Source of the DNA: Macrostomum lignano
Lineage: Eukaryota
NCBI GenBank assembly: GCA_002269645.1
Contig: NIVC01001739.1
Coordinates: 73,727 to 137,726 of the forward strand
Length of the DNA: 64,000 nucleotides
Direction: 5' to 3'
Below, piece after piece: positions 60,938 through 64,000 of this stretch. Both the position numbers and the translations under genes were made by a program. Numbering within the stretch: the stretch's first letter is position 1; each line of letters starts with the position of its first letter. The notes under the pieces were generated by a model. That model had not been told where the DNA came from and searched no databases. It saw only the letters and a program-made list of their open reading frames with translations.

Positions 60938-63800
60938 ATGCAGCCAGCTTCTAGCGTATCGAAAAAAGAGAAGAGCACCAGAAAGTGTGGCAACTGTTGC
61001 TGTGCTTTTGGCTGCTCAAACAAGTCCTCGTTGACGACTGGAGTGTCCTTTCACTCCTTTCCGAAAGACGATGAGCTGAAGCAAAAATGGATCTCAGCAA
61101 TCCGTCGAGAAGGCTTTCAGCCGTCATCTTCATCAAGAATTTGCTCCGAGCACTTCTCTCCATCGTGCTTCGTTGAGCAATTTAATGCCTCTCAGCAAAT
61201 GTGCAAAAGGCGGCTGTATCCAGGAGCGATTCCATCGATTTTCCTGCCTTTCCAAGTCACTTGCAACCTGCGCAAAAAAAGCGGAAGACAATGACTGCCG
61301 CATCTGCTTCTGCAGCTGCCGAAATCGATTTCAGTGCCTTTCTCAGTGAACCGGACCGCGAACTGCCGCAGCCTGCATCCTCCAACCCGCTTGATGATCT
61401 CGCTGCCACCGTACATGGAGCTGACCACGAACCAGTTCTGGATCCTCATTTCAACTGTGTAAGCAAGGAGGCGTATCAAGTAAAAGTAAGAGAGCTTAAG
61501 AACCTGAAGCGCAGGTACAAGCGGCTTTTAGTTGCGCATTCGGTTGCGAAGAAAAATTCACGAGCCTTGGAGATCATGAGTAAATCAATCACTCAAAAGT
61601 ACAGCAAATTCAGGGCTCTGAACAAGAGGCACCAGCGACTGAGGGCGCGGTCGAAGTCACTGACTGAAATTTTGAAAGCGCTGAAGGTAAACAATATTGT
61701 TGACGAAGCTGCAGCATCCCGTCTGCAGTTTGTGTCATCAAATTCATTGTTGAACTGTCTAGTGCCAACCAAAAACAGGAGAATAAAAAAATTTCCTCCT
61801 GAAGTTCGGTGATTTGCTTCAACGTTGCACTACTACAGTCCTAAGGCATACGAATACGTGAGAAAGTTTTTCCAGCTTCCGCATCCATCGTCTTTACGGA
61901 AATGGATCTCAAGTGTGCGATGCCTTCCAGGATTCTGCGTCCAAGCATTTCAAGAGCTATCACGTCGCCGCAGCTCAGCCAATGGCCAAGCCTTTGACTA
62001 CTGCAACATTGTAGCAGACGAGATGTCTCTGGAGTCCATGGTCGAATGGAGCGATTGCGAGGGCAGGTTCCTTGGCTTTGTCGACAAGGGAGATGGCAAC
62101 GTAGCGAACAGGAAGCATCAGCTGCACTTGTGTTGATGGCTGTAGGGCTGAAGAACTACTGGAAACTGCCTTTAGGCTACTTCTTAGTCAACGGCGTTGA
62201 TGGGGAATTCTTAGCTACTGCTGTTGAGGAGTGCATCCAGCGGCTGTACCAGGTTGGTGTCATCGCAACATCCTTTACGTGTGACGGAATGCAGCATAAT
62301 ATTAAGGCTATTGAAACTCTCGGTGCCGAGATAAGTTCGTGGGACAATGTTAATGCTTCATTTCCGCATCCATGTGATCCAAACATCAGAGTGTCAACCT
62401 TTCTTGACGTTCCGCACATGCTGAAACTAATCCGAAATCAATGGCAGTCCTTGGGTACGATTGTCTGGCCGAACCGTGGCAATTAAAGTAGAATGGAAAT
62501 TTGTGGCTCAGTTGCAAAAAGTACAAGAAACCCATGGTCTACGACTCGGAAATAAGTTAAGCAACCATTCACATTAACTTCCTATATACAAAAAATGAAA
62601 GTGGATCTCGCAGCTCAGTTGTTCAGCAAATCTGTCGCCGATTCGCTGCGGTGGGTCCAATCAGCAGAAGCTTGAAGGATTTGATTGCCCGGATGTTCTG
62701 GTGACTGCCGATTTTATCGAACACATTAATGATTTATTTGACGTATTCAACTCAAAGCGACTGGTCAGTTATGGGGCAAGAGGAGCCTTGAGAATCGATA
62801 ATCGGTCAGACTGGCTTGACTTTTTCGAAGAAACGATCATTATTCTTAAAAACGTTGAGACGCCGACGGGTCGCAAAATTGTACAAACCATTAAAAAGAC
62901 CGGGTTTTTAGGCTTCATTACGAATTGCCGCGCAATGGTGTCTCTCACCGATTACTTATTTTCGACTGGAGACTTCACCTTTTTCTGCACCTATAAAATC
63001 TCTCAAGATTTTCTCGAGCTGTTCTTCAATGCTGTGCGGCTGGAATCATAATCCAACACCCCTGAGGCAGTTTCGATCAGCTTTCAGGCAGCTGTTAGCT
63101 CACGCAGGATCCGGAATCGTCCAGTCAGCAAGCGCCAACGTCAGCCAGCAAGATGCCACCATGCAGCTCTCAATCTCCTGCTTGCCTTCTACGACTGCAG
63201 CAGAGAAGAAAATGCCATGGAAAAAACTAGAAATTCGGAACTCAACCGGTGCGAGCCTTAACTTAGTACAGCATTGCCGAACCGCCTCAACCTGTAGAAT
63301 TTGTCACTCTGTCATCTACTACATCGCTGGAGCAGTCGTTCGAAGTATGTTGAAGATCATTGACTGCGTCCCGTGTAGATCCGCCCTGCTATCAAGCGAA
63401 GGAAAAGTGAGCCCGCACATTTTTTGCTCCCTCGTCTCAATGAAGAACGTTCAGAAGAGAGAAGGACTTGGTGGACTTATTTTCCCGAGTCTAGATGTGC
63501 TTCGCCTTCTGCTGAATGCCGAAACGATTATTCGCCGCTCCAGCTTTGATAGCTGTTTTTCAAGCTCCATCGCTGTTCAAGAGACTGATAATGTCCAGCG
63601 CGCTGTTCTCTGAATTAGATTCGCATTCAGCAGCTGTTAGCACAGGTATTGAGTCACACAAGCTGCATTTGATGAAAGTTATGAGCATGTTTTACATCAG
63701 AATTCGCATGAAGAAAATTGCGAAAGACATGTCGCACTTATTGAGAAAGGCAGGAAGGAGACAAAAGCTGCTGCGCACAGCAATTTTTCTTAATCTGTGA
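60938..63800 (+). pseudogene. THAP9/P-element transposase with N-terminal THAP domain, disrupted by one in-frame stop and multiple frameshifts
   Basis: THAP: CCAFGC...SFHSFP...KWISAIRR...RICSEHF...GAIPSIF. Transposase: LHYYSPKAYEYVRKFFQLPHPSSLRKW; ADEM; TCDG; FLDVPHMLKLIRN; KMKVDLAAQLFS; SQDFLELFF; HNPTP. Confidence 0.9.
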
Positions 63801-64000
63801 GCGCTTGGACTTTGAAGGACATTTCGGGGTAAGCAGCTTAATTCAACTAATTTTTTATGTATTTGATTTTCGTGGCGTTTTATGTGAAAGAAAAGAAAAA
63901 AATTATCTCAAATGCATGTGTCCAATAGGAGCACAATGGAAAAGAGGCCCGCCCTGTACCACATATCGATCGAGCTGGGGTGGGTGAGAGGGACCAGTTT

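Overview
Eukaryotic (metazoan) genomic DNA with spliceosomal introns, not a prokaryotic window. Ala/Ser/Gln-rich proteins, minisatellite-filled introns and operon-like spacing suggest a free-living flatworm such as Macrostomum, but the organism call is inference. Host genes, built by hand from splice sites and conserved motifs: FGGY, SART1 and ITFG1/LINKIN head-to-tail on the minus strand, with splice acceptors just upstream of the SART1 and FGGY start codons (candidate trans-spliced operon); an 11-EC Cad87A/CDH23/CDHR1-family cadherin on plus; and two tandem paralogous type I membrane proteins with signal peptide + six kringles + TM, matching 10-exon structure and unrelated cytoplasmic tails. 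Mobile DNA: an apparently intact Crypton tyrosine recombinase with TTAA-flanked inverted ends and hairpins, a disrupted THAP9/P-element transposase, two 5'-truncated RNase H LINEs with 11-bp TSDs, RTE-like LINE fragments, two tRNA-derived SINE families and three MITE-like elements. Most long introns are filled by their own tandem repeat, so most long ORFs in the supplied track are repeat artefacts. Several single-base frameshifts may be assembly errors.
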